From positions 8,187,129-8,251,128 of the forward strand of contig CM082576.2 of assembly GCA_040954595.2 (NCBI GenBank): DNA of 64,000 nucleotides. The letters are read 5' to 3'. Under the pieces are notes generated by a model. The model searched no databases. It worked only from the letters and a program-made list of their open reading frames with translations, and was not told the DNA's origin. Within the stretch, counting starts at the first letter, position 1; each line of letters opens with the position of its first letter. Positions 43,178 to 57,200 of the stretch are shown here, piece after piece. The position numbers and the translations under genes are program-made. Source of the DNA: Balanoglossus misakiensis (Eukaryota > Animalia > Hemichordata).

Positions 43178-45696
43178 GATGCGGTACGGGACTGCGGTTT
43201 CTCGAAGAAGCTAGTGCACCTAGCGGTAATCAACAGGTAGTCGGGACGCGTCACGCTATGTGTTCACGCTGCAGTGGAGTGCGGTGGCTGGTCTGTGCAA
43301 CAACTCTAATATGCTGGGATACGCCCCTGTTTGTTTAAGAGATGATTATCAACGCGCCAAAGCTTCGCTACCAATATATACCCGAGTTTTGAGTGTGCGC
43401 GGGGGAAGTTTGTCGAATAAATACTCGATGAACACTGGATTCCGACGTTCTTAGCCTATATAATACTTAGAGTGATGCTTGCAACTTATTTTTGTGTGTG
43501 CTAATTTTATGATATTTTCCCCGGCCAAAATTGTTTTATTGCTTCGCGGGAAACCATGTCGACTTGCAACTTGGAGCGCAAAGTTGTCTTGGAGATAAAT
43601 TAATCCAACCAACTGCACCAAGTTACACTTGTTAATTAGTTTAATTTGCCAATCAATCGTGTTGTTCATTTGTCCTATCAAGGCCCAATTTCCATACTGC
43701 CTCCATGCATTCTATCATTTTATTACTGACCCGTTTTACCGTTCTCCTAAAATGTAGGCGCAGGGTCAACATAAAAACCATGAACACGATTTAGATACAC
43801 ATCATGATGACCACTCGAAGACCTTCAAAGCTAGCTTTTTCTATGCAGATTGTCAAGTTTCATATGAACATTTGAAATTGTGATATACATGTATGTACTT
43901 TTTCAGTGATTGGTCCACAATACCAAATGACTGATCTGGGATCACCTTAATTTTAAGCTCTGTGCGAACTGCAGCTCAGGCTGTCTTAGTTCATGTTGCA
44001 AACACCAATTCATTTATAGCCAGTCTCTGAAGTTAATAATTATTCAACCTTCTCGGCTGAAAGTAACAATTTCAGTTTATAGCAGTGAACTGAAGTACAC
44101 GAAATAAATCCCACCATTTTATTGAGGGATGTAAATCTACTGCCATTGGTATGCATACGGCCGTTAATAAGTGACAATAAATAGCTTGGTGGTCACCTAA
44201 AAGCTGTACTGGGTTTGTGGTCTTTACTTGTTTTCAATGATTCAACCGATTGTGCCGGTAGCTGTGAAGGTCATCACGACATTTTTTGTTGAAATTGGGC
44301 CTTGGCGACCGATGATAAAACTAATAGACGGGGTGCAATTCGAAAGCAGTTATTAGCAGCACCCATTTCATGGCTGACTGTAGTGTTAATCATAAAGGCG
44401 TGTTTCCCTTGTGATTCTTTTCATTAGAACCACAAGACTGGTGATCTGTACGTGCTCCATAATTTTCAGTGTTCTTTGGGATCTATAGAGAAAATATGCA
44501 TGGGCTTTGTTGCGTTTCGTTTGCGAATTTTTGCGTATGTACATTCTTTTCGAATTCTTTTGATTCTGCAAATTGCGTTCGGGCATCTGTGTAAATTAAA
44601 CCACAGTTACCATGGAAATTGCATATACATAACATTTACAACCACAGACGTTTGCTTGAGTGCCGCCACCACATGGTCATTGGAAGACAGGCGCGTCCTT
44701 TTGATCATAGATCATAACTGGAGCATATACTTGAGGTGCTTGTATAGACCCTGGAACGACGCGGTTTTTGCTTTGACGTTATTCGATTGTATCGGGTGAC
44801 CACAGCACATCTGGGCAGGCTTGACTTTGTGAAAATCGTTTGCCATCGGCGCCAAAAAAAGAATTTTATAAACAAAAAATATCTGGATGTACACACTTGT
44901 AGCATAAAAATATAACTTCATGGACGTTGAGGGCGTACTGCAGATTCTCGGTGGTCTCTGCAATCTACAACCGTTCAACCGTTGTCGCCCTGCATGACTT
45001 AGTCCCTGCTGTCATTGCCAAGGAGAATGCGCAGCTCCATGATGCTTAAAAAGCCTCGGTCGAAATGATGTCCTAAGCGTGAAAAAAATCACCCCGCATT
45101 TTATGTGTGGAATTTATCATGTAATAAAATTTAAACATAAACTTCTCCATCATGATTTTACCAGCGCAGTAGGCGGCAAAACACGCGATTGGGAAGCCGG
45201 CCAGTTAACAACTTGTCACTTAGTAACTTAGGTCAGCAGAAGGATTACAGTTCAACAGACTCATACTAGTAAATCTTGCTTCTTTTATCTCAGCAGGTTG
45301 ATTTTGACCTCGTTGTTGCGATTTGTGGTACACATAGGCCTATATCTTCAGCTACCCATTATGAAAGTAGTTTCGCGTTGAGCAAGTGACCTTTTTCATA
45401 TACCATTTTTTTAATTCGATGATATTTTTATGTACAGAAAGATTTCATGCATTGACATGCACAATGCATGTTATCATTATCTATTTAGGTCTTCTTGAAT
45501 ATGAATAATGACCAATGCTGAGCAGTATATTTTACTCATGTTTATATTTGCATGACTAAAGCGCATGCGCAAGCATGTTAGCCGGCCAATTTTATTCATA
45601 GAAGGCCGAGAAGCCGAGTGGGTGAAAGTGTGAAACAGCGCTGGGCAAATTTCAATCCACATTAAGCACATTTTCATCTCACAGCCAAAGTAGAAG

Positions 45697-48600
45697 ATGT
45701 CTGACAACGAGAGAGACGTCGAAAAGGGGCAGGGGGACGAAGAGAAGCCCACGGAAAACCAGCACGATGATGAAAAAAACCAGGAGAACGAAGTCAAGGA
45801 TAAACTCCTGCTCGAGAAGACAGATATTGATGCGGTGTACACCAAAGATGGCGGGGCCGATCCGGATGCCGTGCAGGTCAGAGTGGCCGCCGTGCACCAC
45901 ATCGGGCTTGATAAAGAAGCGTTGATGGAACAGTGCAACACTCCGGTATGGCGCGCCGTTCGTATAATATTGTTGGTCGTTTTCTGGGCGTCGTTTATCG
46001 CCATGTTGGTCGCAGTTGTCATCCTGATTGCCACGGCCCCAAGATGTCCCCGAAACAAGCTATGGTACCAGACCGGCGTAGCCTACCAGATATATCCTCG
46101 TTCGTTCAAAGATAGCGACGGTGACGGCCATGGTGATCTACCCGGTAAGTATATTGTAGCCTGTCCGATTTAGTGTTCGTGGTTTCCCAGTGACAAACCA
46201 TACATTTGGCGCAAAAAATCGAGACACCTGTGACCACGTTTTAATGTTTACATCGCATCACGGGGTAATTTACAGTGGCCGTGGGGTCACATTAGTTTTA
46301 GGCGACCGCCCTTTGGAACTGTAAGCATAATTTTATGACTCTGATTATACTGATAAGATTTCAATGTTGCTTTTAATTTAATTGTCGCCATTAGTGTTGT
46401 ATTATATTGGGCGGTTGAGTCTTGCATCATTTTGAAACAGACAGTACCAGTCGCAAAGCGCGCGCGCGCGCGTTTTCCCCGGGTGTTCTCATTTGGCTGA
46501 TGCAATTTGTAAGGGAAATTTACATACTGACAAAAGATATGTTTTGTGAATAACCTGGTAACCACAGATCACGCGCACAGCGAATGTCCATCTTTGAATA
46601 TTAATACATTGTGGTGATGCTCCAAAATAAATAAAAAGAAAGCTAAGCAAATAGTTGCTATATAAATTGAACTAAAGGTTACACTCCACTGTGGCTTGTA
46701 GGTGTGACCATGTTTGAACAAGGCCAAAATTAAAATCTGATAAAAAATTCCCTATAACTTCCTAAACAATGCTGTATTATTTCCTGACCTATCCAAGCGA
46801 AGTCTATGCTTTTTCCTAACCAGCATGTCTAACGATCACATTGACTGTTTCACCTTGAAGTTTTATGTTAATTATAGGGTAACTTATCTAAAAAAGAAAT
46901 ATTTATTTCAGGCTCCAGCATATAGATGTATAAAAAGTAGCTAGTATTGTAAGATGGAAATTACTGTAAATATATACGAAAGGCACAAGCATTAAAATCT
47001 AACGTGAGACGTGTTCAAACGAGTCAACCTATTTCATATTATAGTTGCCTAGTCATGATAATATTTCAATATTCCCCAGAACAAAGATGGCATCGTGTAC
47101 ACATTCATGACGTATATAACACCAATGGATAACATTTGTTATGAGGCCACCCTGTTCCTGGGGAATATAAAACTGTAATCGTGGTGTGAATTTTAAGTCG
47201 ATGGGAATCCCACACTGATTTCTAACCAAGCAACTTCCTGAATAGCTTAAAATAGAAAAAAACAATATTTTTTGTGTTGACAATTTGCTTGTATTGATTC
47301 TTTCAGGCATTGAGTCCAAGGTATCCTACCTGCAAGACCTTGGCGTGGAGGCAGTATGGCTGGGGCCAATTTTCCCCTCGGAGATGAAAGACATGGGCAG
47401 AGACATCACAAACTTTACGGCCATCGACGAAGATTTTGGCACTGTGGAGGATTTCCAATCACTCCTTGTTAAATTGCACAGTGTTGGTAGGTGTGAACTA
47501 GACTGAGTTTCAAAAAAAAAAAAAAAAATATGGCGTGTGTGTTCACGGTGGTGCTTTAACCAACAGAACAGTGTCCATGGGTAGAAATTTGATTTGCGTT
47601 TTTCTCTGCCTTCCTTGTAGGCATTAGACTGGTGATGGAGTTCATCCCCAACCATTCCAGTGATAAGCACCCTTGGTTTGAGCTGAGTGAAAATAGAGTG
47701 GCCCCCTACACCAACTACTACGTGTGGGCAGACAGCCCAGTGGACGACCCTGGCAAGGTGCCCAGCAACTGGGTAAGGAGCTGCATTTTATTTTTCATTT
47801 ATTTACTACAGTTCATTGCAAATGTTGAAAATCATACTGGCAGGAGGAGCCCTGGAAGTGTTTTATCCGCACATGAGAAATTATCAGCATGGAGACCTGA
47901 CAGTTGTGGGTTAGAAGTATTTGCATAGTAAAACCAACAACGTCTTGTGATCTGGTATCAGCTTGAAAGCATAGCCAAAGAATGTGGCCTTGATTGTTCG
48001 CCTGGAGTGAAGGTCATGGGAGGTGATTGTTCACAGAGTTCCCCAAGGGTTACACTGTGCTAATTTACACCAGAAGTATAAATGCACCCACAAGCTGCTC
48101 AGTACTGATTTTCAGGACGTAGTTCTGTTAATATCAGCTCGTATTATACTAAGAGTTGACCGCACGTGTATCAAACTCAAAGGTCATTTTCTTCAGTGAG
48201 CACATTTCTGATAGATGTGACAGCAGTGAACCAAAGTAGGCGATAGCCATCGACATCACATGACCAGAAATATTTGCCCGACGGGTACCCCTTTCCACTC
48301 CCCTTAAAATAAGTATGACCCAGGGCAAAGTTGAATTCTGGTGCAACACAATCTGTTTGCCATATGATCTGTAGAGGGAAATTAAGACAGGGGTCTGCTG
48401 CATTATTAAACAAGCCTGTATTGTGCCGAAGCAAAGTTTAATACTGAATAAAAGTAACCCTCCATTTTTGTATTGTCGTCACAGCTGAGTCGTCATGGAG
48501 GATCTGCCTGGACCTACTCCGATCAGCGCAAGCAGTACTATCTGCACACGTTCGACACCAGTGAACCCGATCTCAACTTCCGTAATGAGAACGTCACCAA

Positions 48601-51600
48601 GAGTATCTCAGTAAGTTTTATGTGCTGGCAGCGAATACACATCATACTCTGTCGTTGCTACCCTATTTGGTAGTGAATAGTTTTAATTCATAGAAGAATT
48701 TACGCCACATTTCGTTGGAAGGAGAAACGGTTTCTATATCACACTTGAAGTCTCATGATTAAAAGTAGATACTATGCCTGTAGACTAGTTGAGTAACGTG
48801 TTTTTGTATGTGTATATTCTAGGATGCTCTGAAATACTGGCTTGAGCTTGGAGTGGATGGATTCTACATGCCGTACGCCAACCAGTTGGTTGAAAATATC
48901 AACTTGGATCTGAATGAGGCCGACAACATATACTACAAGAGCCATGTGAACGACACCAAGGTGGGTTTCCAGGGTTGTTTGAAAGATGATTAGCAAATAT
49001 TAAATGTCCAGTGTAACATTCATATTTTATTAAAGAAACTGACGTGTCAATACAGGTCTTGTCAGTTGTCAATGATTGTTTCATGATTGAGGGGTAGGGT
49101 GGTGTCATGTTGTGTGAGTGTGTAGACCACTCCACAATGGCAAATTGAGTTTACTTAAACTTTTTGATCATTGGCGCTAGGGCAAACACGGTCAATGCTT
49201 TTTTGCTCTGTTGACACCAATACGTATCGTTAATAAATAGAGAATGACTTGCAAGCATGCAAGTTTCCCTCTCTGTGTAAGTTGTCTAAATATTCATGAT
49301 GGTTTATTTTGACCAGACTGCCTATGACAGCCTCCTGCACAACCGCACCAGAGATCAACCCGAGAATCTGGATGTGCTCGGGCAGTGGAAAGGCTTGTTG
49401 AACGCCTACAGTGGCCCAGACACTGATGATTACAAGTGAGTAACAAGCTTACTAAGTATAAGCTGTAGTAGTGGGAATTCAGTGATTTAGCATTTGTATT
49501 ATAATTTGTGTGTATGGTGTAGATTGGAGACAGTTATCTGTCAAAACGCCTGGTTGAAACCGGCATGTTACCAGGCATGGAGTTTTTAAACAGTAGAGAA
49601 TACATATATACTGTAGACTGTGCCCACCTTACAATTTTATTTATGTATAGCAAATTTGTGTGTCTCGGAATCAGAATCTTGACATATTTGCTGTTCCCTT
49701 CATTCCCTAGGTTGCTGGTCACCAGCCTGCCATCCAGCAGCATGTCCACCCAGATGACCTACTATGGCGGCAAGAAGAAGGTGATGGACTATCCGTTCAA
49801 CTTCCAGCTGATGGATATGTGCACCAACGGCGCCAGCGTCACCGGGAATCAGATCAGTTCTCTCGTCACGTCGTGGCTGGAGGCCAAGGGAAGCAAAGTC
49901 GGCAATTGGGCTGTAAGTGTTTACCATGGCAACGGGTGGCTGGTGATAATTGATTGTTTCTGACCAAAATGAAAATTTTGCCAAAAATTTGGTATGAAGG
50001 GTAGAAGCTGTAGCGACAAATAAACATATCCATAACATGATCATCAATGAGGATATCTTTTTCACGACTCTTGTACACATTGTCTTCTAAACCCTGTGGT
50101 CATATTTGCCAACTCTTTCATTTGCAGCTTGGAGATTCAGATCATTCTCGCATCTCCACGCGATGCGGCAGCGATCTCCTGAAAGCCATGAACACCTTGC
50201 TGTTGACCCTGCCCGGCTCGCCCACCGCCTACTACGGAGACGAAATCGGAATGGAAGATCTCGACATTACCACCAGTGATGCTTTGGACCCTCTTGTGGA
50301 TGCCAACCCTGTAAGTTGTCAGGGCTTTGGATGAGAGTCTAGTTTAGGGTGTGTGTATGTGTGTCCGTGTGTGTGTGAACATGATAGCAAGTGTCTATCT
50401 TGAAATAAATCTGATACAAAACAAGTAGGGTGACCATTTTTTTTCAGATTCCAGTGTTCCAATTATTGCAGCTTATTTTGTTTGAAAATCATGTTCTTTT
50501 TTGGGGGGGGGAAGATTGCTATAAACAAACAGAATCATTTCAACGAACCTAGGTCAAAGGTACTCAACCTACCATGACAACAGTTTACACACTGGGATTC
50601 TGCATCACAAAGAATGGGCGCGAGTTTCTGTCCCCTCATGTTCTTACTGTCGACTTGATTCCCATAGAGACTTGTTCTGACTCTATCGAACATTACATTA
50701 ATGTATTTTCTTCTAAACCCGTCAAATTGCCAAAGGGAGAGGGGACCACATTTTAGCTGATAAAGAGTTTAAAATAATTCAAAACACCAAGAATTAAAAA
50801 AATCGTAGAAAAAACGTGATTTTGTCGAAGAATAATTTAGAAACCACAGATGTGCTGATAAAGTGACTCTGTTCAGGCCGTGAAAATTGCGAGTACCAGT
50901 TGAAGCATTTAACCCTTTGCCAATGCAGTTCCTTGTAACTTCACATAGCCAGCAATTGATTGAAACGTCAATGCAGCGAAAGGAAAACCCACACTTTTCT
51001 GATATTCTTTCTTGTAAGGACATAGCTACTGTTAACAATTCTTACAACTCGGTCTATTGCCTTTAACCACTCATCTCTGACCAACTAAAGAGGGATAAAT
51101 AAAGAGAGAAAGAAACGGCATGCAACATTCACACACACACACACAACTGTTATTAAATTTTGAAACTGAACTTTCTCTCTCAGTCTCCGCGCACTCGGCG
51201 TGAAGCTTCGGGGGTTAGTAACGTGACTGACCCGGGGAATAACAATACAATGACAGACAATGCCCCTCCTGCGACTGAAAGCACCCCCAAAACTGACGGG
51301 CCTCAGTACGAGCCTTCCGGTTCACCTATGGTAAGCCCTCTTGAAGGGGGAAGTAAGAAAAACAAAAACACGTAAACTCCATCCGGCTAACCTGCACTAA
51401 GAGTAAAAACTCGGGTTGAACTTTATCTTTAATTCACACTCGCTGCATTCTCCACATCAGCCATTAATCAATAATAATAACATCATGCAAGGTGTAAGGT
51501 TTTAAGTAATTAAACATTCATGTTTATTCGTACCAATGAATAAGTTAAGCATCTGCTTTGTGATAAATATCGGTGTTCTGTCCTTTGCTTTTCTTCACTT

Positions 51601-52570
51601 TCCCCCGTTTTTCCCCCCTCTACACTTTTATCAAATTCGCAGCTCACTATCACTTTCTTTAACCTTGTTACATACGATATTTGTAGTGTGTGGCTTTGCA
51701 AGCGTCCTATACCCCCCGCTTTGTTTGCGTTTTTTGCCTCGTCACGTGCACGTACACGCGTAGGAATGTTGTCGATTTGTTTTGTTATGTTTTGTTTTCT
51801 TCCAAATGCAAGTTTTGTTTGTAGATGTGGACTTTGGCCGCGAGTCTGCCGGTGGTGATGCTCACCCCTTGCTTGACCGTGTCTTTGCAGGTGCTGTACT
51901 ACAACATGACCCGGGATCGCTTTGTGTCGCCCATGCAGTGGACGTCCGGCAGTCTGGCCGGCTTCAGCAATGGCTCAACTTCGTGGCTGGACATCGGCGA
52001 CAACTACCAGACGAACAATGTGGAGGTCAGTTGATGTGTGAGGGGGGATGCACACGACGGCAATTTCTAGCCGCGGATAAATTGTACAGACGCAGCTTTG
52101 AGTCGCTACATTTCATGATTATAATTCCTCTAAATGGGAAGTTTATCATCCACCATGAGTTTCTATTGGTGAAAGGTCATAACAATATTGAGCTGAGATT
52201 TTTTTTTGTTTTTTTGCTTCATCAGGATCAAGTGAATGAAACTTCGTCCAGCCTGAGCAAGTTCAAAGAACTGGTTCCCATCGTCCGTAACGACCCGTCG
52301 CTGATTGGCGGCGGGGTCCTGGAGATCTTGGTCAACGACGACATCTACGCCTTCGCCCGGGTGTTTGACCGCTGGCCGGGAGTGTTCGTGGCCATCAGTC
52401 TGTCCGATCAGGTCACCCTGCGGCCGTTCCACAGCTTGAAGAAGGGCCTGCCGTCTTCGGGCACAGTGCTGTATTCCTCCCACGACACCTACAGAGCCGG
52501 GGAAGCTGTCGAGTTTGACAGCTTGGTGATGGCCGCATACGAGGGCGTTGTCGTGAGATACGAGCGCTAG
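45697..52570 (+). CDS. SLC3 heavy chain paralogue B, 10-11 exons, ~675 aa (724 aa with the extra exon 51184-51330)
   Basis: Exons 45697-46144, 47307-47486, 47621-47772, 48485-48610, 48823-48960, 49317-49435, 49711-49912, 50128-50310, (51184-51330), 51891-52025, 52226-52570. Motifs: [65 protein letters not shown]. Confidence 0.93.
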
Positions 52571-53557
52571 AGTCCGCTGCGTAACTCTCACGCCCGTGAC
52601 CAGAGATAGTTCTGATATTCGATTAATTGAGTAGACACTGATAGAGTATTGATGCGCGGGTGCCTAGTAGATTTTTAAATTAAAGTGCAACGAATTCCCA
52701 AGACTAGATACTTGGTGTTCAGTTGGGCATTTTGTATGAATGTGATTTGAATTGCTGTGTTACTTTGCGGTGAAACGGTGTCGTTCTCGGCATAGTTTCT
52801 CTGTTCCAAGCCTTGTAAGCCTTCCCTTTTATGTGGCAGATTTTAAACTATCCGCTGTAACCAGGAAATTGAGTAATGTTTGACGTGACTCACTGCCAGC
52901 AAGTGATCCTTCTGACCAATAGCACCACAGCAGGCTTGAAAGGCTTGCGTACACCTGAAACATGAATTCAATAAAATGCACCATTCTGCTGTAGTAATTG
53001 AACAGCGTTATTGGGTAATTTATTCTATCTAAGGTGTGATAATAGTTAAAACCCACCCAACGCGTACCATGTAATCGCAAGTTTCTCCAAGACCACTCAA
53101 AATTGCCCTCTACTGGGATGTTTGGAAGTGTTTGTTGTTCGTACCATACCAAGTACGCAAGGATAAAGAACTTTGCTAAATCTTTGACTATCATTCATGC
53201 CATGTTGCACTTACACATGTACGTTACGTACAGCCATGCTTCAGTTGCATAGATTACAAAGTATTTGTTGTATGAGGTTGAGGGCGCTCTAGACAAAATC
53301 TTGCACAACTGGTCGCCGTGGTAGAATTTCTTTCCTGGTCTGGAGCCGTTACATAGTAGACAGAGGGTACAGATACATTTGCATGGAGAAAATGCCATAG
53401 GCTAGTAAAATATGACCGTGTGAATGTCTATGGCCATCTAGTAAATACTATACATGTAAAAATGATATTTTTCGTCGGTTTCTACGGATTCACATTACAC
53501 ACACTCTTCGAGAATACTGATGCTCAACTGCCAAACTGCAGCCTCCACTCGTGGTGG

Positions 53558-53591
53558 CTCGAACCATAGACAGTACTGTCTATGCTCGAAC
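53558..53591. mobile_element. Putative P-superfamily excision footprint (perfect 20-bp palindrome, 7-bp TSD)
   Basis: CTCGAAC-[CATAGACAGTACTGTCTATG]-CTCGAAC. Confidence 0.75.
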
Positions 53592-54226
53592 CAGGTTTAA
53601 GATACATGTACATGGTAATTCGTTTCATCATGAACTCTGACAGTTTCGATACAATACACTGTACATGTAGAACAAAACGTGAATATTTTAAAATAGGGTC
53701 TGGTACTTTTTGATGAGGTTCATCATGGTAAATGCCTTTTACTGAAACGTGATAAGTAATTTTCAACATTCATTGTTCCGTTATCGTTTGTTATTCATAT
53801 TTATTTGCATGATATTAATTATTGATCTCAGTGAAGCTGTTGGTTCCAGGACCCCCCCCCCCCCCCCCCCCGCGCGCCTTTAGCAGATGCGACACGCGAT
53901 CATTTAACCTGCTTGGGTCAGCTGAAAATAACTTTGCCTGGAAACATGATACCTATAAGTTCCCTAAAACACATAAAAGAGATAGATTACTAGTATTCGA
54001 GAGAAACTTTATTCCGATAGTTTTGTAATCCACGCCCTAGCGTGTTCACATACGTATCCCATAACGCACTGCTCATTTACAAAGCACTCCCTAGAACCCT
54101 GGTTGCTGATCAAAGCAATGACCATTGTACTCCTGGAGGCCAAAGGGGCAGCACCGACACGAAAGCTCTGCGCACGAGCCGGCTTTTTAAAAATAGTACG
54201 AATTCTTGTCAACGAAAAATTCTGAA

Positions 54227-57200
54227 ATGGGGAACAAGCAACCCAAAGAGTCTAACCAACAGACAGGAGAAGAATCTGTGGACATGAACGGAGACCCGGA
54301 GAAGGGGGTATACGAAACCTCGCCGATGAACGAAAAAGAGCAGATGGAAGAGGAGCAGCAGGCAAAGGAAGATTCCAAGAGAGTGGGCCTTTCCAGCGCC
54401 GAGCTCATGAAAGAAGGGAACACTCCCTTCTGGAAGGGATTTCGCGTGTTTCTACTGATCGTGATGTGGGTGTCCTGGATATTGATGGCAGTCGCCGCCG
54501 TGGTCATCTTGGTGAAAGCGCCCCGCTGCCCAAACCTCCAGTGGTGGGACAAGAACGCCGTGTACCAAGTCTACTGCAGGTCTTTCCAAGATTCGGACGG
54601 TGATGGAGTCGGAGATATTAAAGGTTGGTAAGAAAAAATCGCGAAAGGGGTAAAATAACTGGCACATTTTGGCGGAATGTAGGCGATTTAATTTTAGTGT
54701 TCTGACATCAAAATTAGAAGCGTTTATTTGCGATGAACACAATGAATGATGCTTTCTTATATAACACTAAATTGGCATACTGCGTGTGCAAACAGAACAT
54801 CGTCGTTTAGTATACTCGTTGCGTAACCTGCTGATTGTAATCTAAAAGCGAAACATGAAATTTATGCGTTCAGATTATTCAGTGAGACCAGACCACCCTT
54901 TGTGAAAAAAAAAAAAATTGTTTGCCCATGGAAATGTCGTCGACCTTAGTTTTTAAGAGACAAAAGGTCACGTGACAAAATATCTGAATACAAAGAGTGC
55001 ATGCAGATGAAGCGATAAACTATTATCATCGTGTGCCGGCCGGCGTGCGAACACTCCATATGGGTTCCTTCCGGTCACTTTTTCACCTTGGAAAACAACC
55101 GGTAGGTCAAAGCGACCCCGGTTCTATCAACGTCCATAGTCCGATTCAAATAAGATATTATCCAGCGGTGTTTAAAAAAAAATTGTGTATGTACATGTAG
55201 TTATAGTACACTAAGTTTAAAATGCGTTAAATTGTCTTTTGTCATTAAATTATTCAGGCCTTTGTCCAATGTGTAAAATTGCCGGTAGTGCACGTCAATT
55301 ATCACCCAAACCCTTTTTGCAGTTGTCTCATATTTCCATTAGAAGTATCCAATTTTTAATGTTTCTGTCGCACGCAAAATAATCGCAAGTGTAGCCGCGA
55401 GGTAGCGACAAAACAGCCCAATGTCAGAGTCCAAGGAAACCTTCTACCTCAATGAGGCCGCGAACATTTCCCCCAATGCTCAGAAAAACCAAACTCCAAA
55501 GGTCACGGTTTACACGTAAACGTCAAAGGTCACTGTTCCACTTGTGATGCCTTGCCACGTTTACCTCCTCGACTTGTGGAAATAAACATAAATGCAAACA
55601 CATGTACATGTGCTGGTATACTGAGGGGGTACTTCCAACCACACGTCTAGAACATTAATCGCTTGGGGATTTTTTGTCGGTTGTTCGGAGTCTTCGCGTG
55701 GGATGTTTGCTTGCTTGCTTTGAGACAGTTGCAGGACAGAGCTGAGTTTCGGTTACTGCGCATCAAGAGATCCCATGACTGACACGTTCACTGAACACGC
55801 TAAAGAGGCTCGAAAATTTCTGAAAATAATTATTATGACACATTTAAACCCATGGACTTACAACAATAAACTTTTTTACAGTTGTATCAGTGGGGCTTCG
55901 TGGTTCACATGAAGTTTTTGTTGCAATCCCGGCCACAGTCACAGTTTCCTAGCATTATCAGTTCGTTTATACCACTAATCCGTGCATATATTATTATTAT
56001 TCGTCACTGATGCAGGACTCGAATCTCGGCTTGACCATCTTGAAGACATCCACGCGAAGACCCTCCTGTTGAGCAACATCTTCCAGTCCGACGGCGAAGA
56101 ACTGTTGTTCGCCACCACCGACTTCAAGGAAATTGACGAACAACTTGGGACGCTTGAAGATTTCAAAAGTTTGTTGGCTGCGGCGGCAAGTAAAGGTAGG
56201 GTGCTTTTTTAAGAGCGACGCTGTAAGCTACTTTTCACGCGTCTCAGCTCGATACGCTTCATTTGATTAGACTTTCTTGAAGGTGCGAATTGGTCGCAAA
56301 AATATCCCGTGGGCTAAGTTGTAATAAATGCTTCATCTCCAGATGTTAAGGTGGTACTAGACTTCATCCCCAATCATTCGAGCGAGGAGCACCCTTGGTT
56401 CGTACAGAGCAGGACCAGCAAGGACAACAATTGCAGCGACTACTTCATCTGGGCGGACGGAAAGGATGGCGGATATCCACCCAACAACTGGGTACGTTCA
56501 TGTTACTGTATCGCGTCGTGTGGTGGCGCTTCATCACCCAAACCCGAGCATACTGTGGGCGTAGACACATCTCCAGGCCTTTTAGCAGCTTATATGAATT
56601 GTAGCTTGTACTACCAACCTCAGTATATAACCTCAGTATATATGATTATTTTACACATTTGTCCACTTATATCGCTCATGGATTTGTGTGCTTACAGCTC
56701 AATGTCTATGGCGACCCGGCGTGGACGTACGAACCTCAACGGGGCCAGTGGTACTACCACACGTACACCAACAAACAGCCCGATCTTAACTTTAGAAATG
56801 AAACTGTCAAAGAAGAAATCAAGGTATGTGATGACATAACAGCGTTGTTGTTTTTTGTTGATAATGTTGACCGATGACATTACAAGCCTGGAGCATCGAG
56901 CACTCGACCATTTTGCTCGTTTGCAGAAGTATTTGCCGTCGCTATTTTTCATGCGCGTCTAATCTTAAAGTCAGGGTAAGTTTTAGTGTATGGGGACATT
57001 TCCAAAGGTAACCCCCGGAAATGTTTTAGCTGTAGCTCTAATATACATGATATACACATGCACACGTGATTCAATACCCACGTTATCGCTTTGATCGTAG
57101 GCGGTTCTTCAATACTGGTTGAAACTTGGTGCCGATGGATTTATGATAAGGGATGCGTCGTACCTGTTCGAAGCGGAAGACCTTATGGACGAACCAACTG

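Noticed and set aside
50663-50687. CATAGAG...CTCTATC imperfect palindrome resembling the footprints
   Set aside because: It has no flanking 7-bp duplication and the right end is imperfect.
53396-53431. CATAG...CTATG segment near the 53558 footprint
   Set aside because: The flanks are not duplicated, so it fails the TSD criterion.
54227-54250. N-myristoylation of SLC3-C (MGNKQP)
   Set aside because: It has Pro rather than Ser/Thr at position 6, a poor consensus match.
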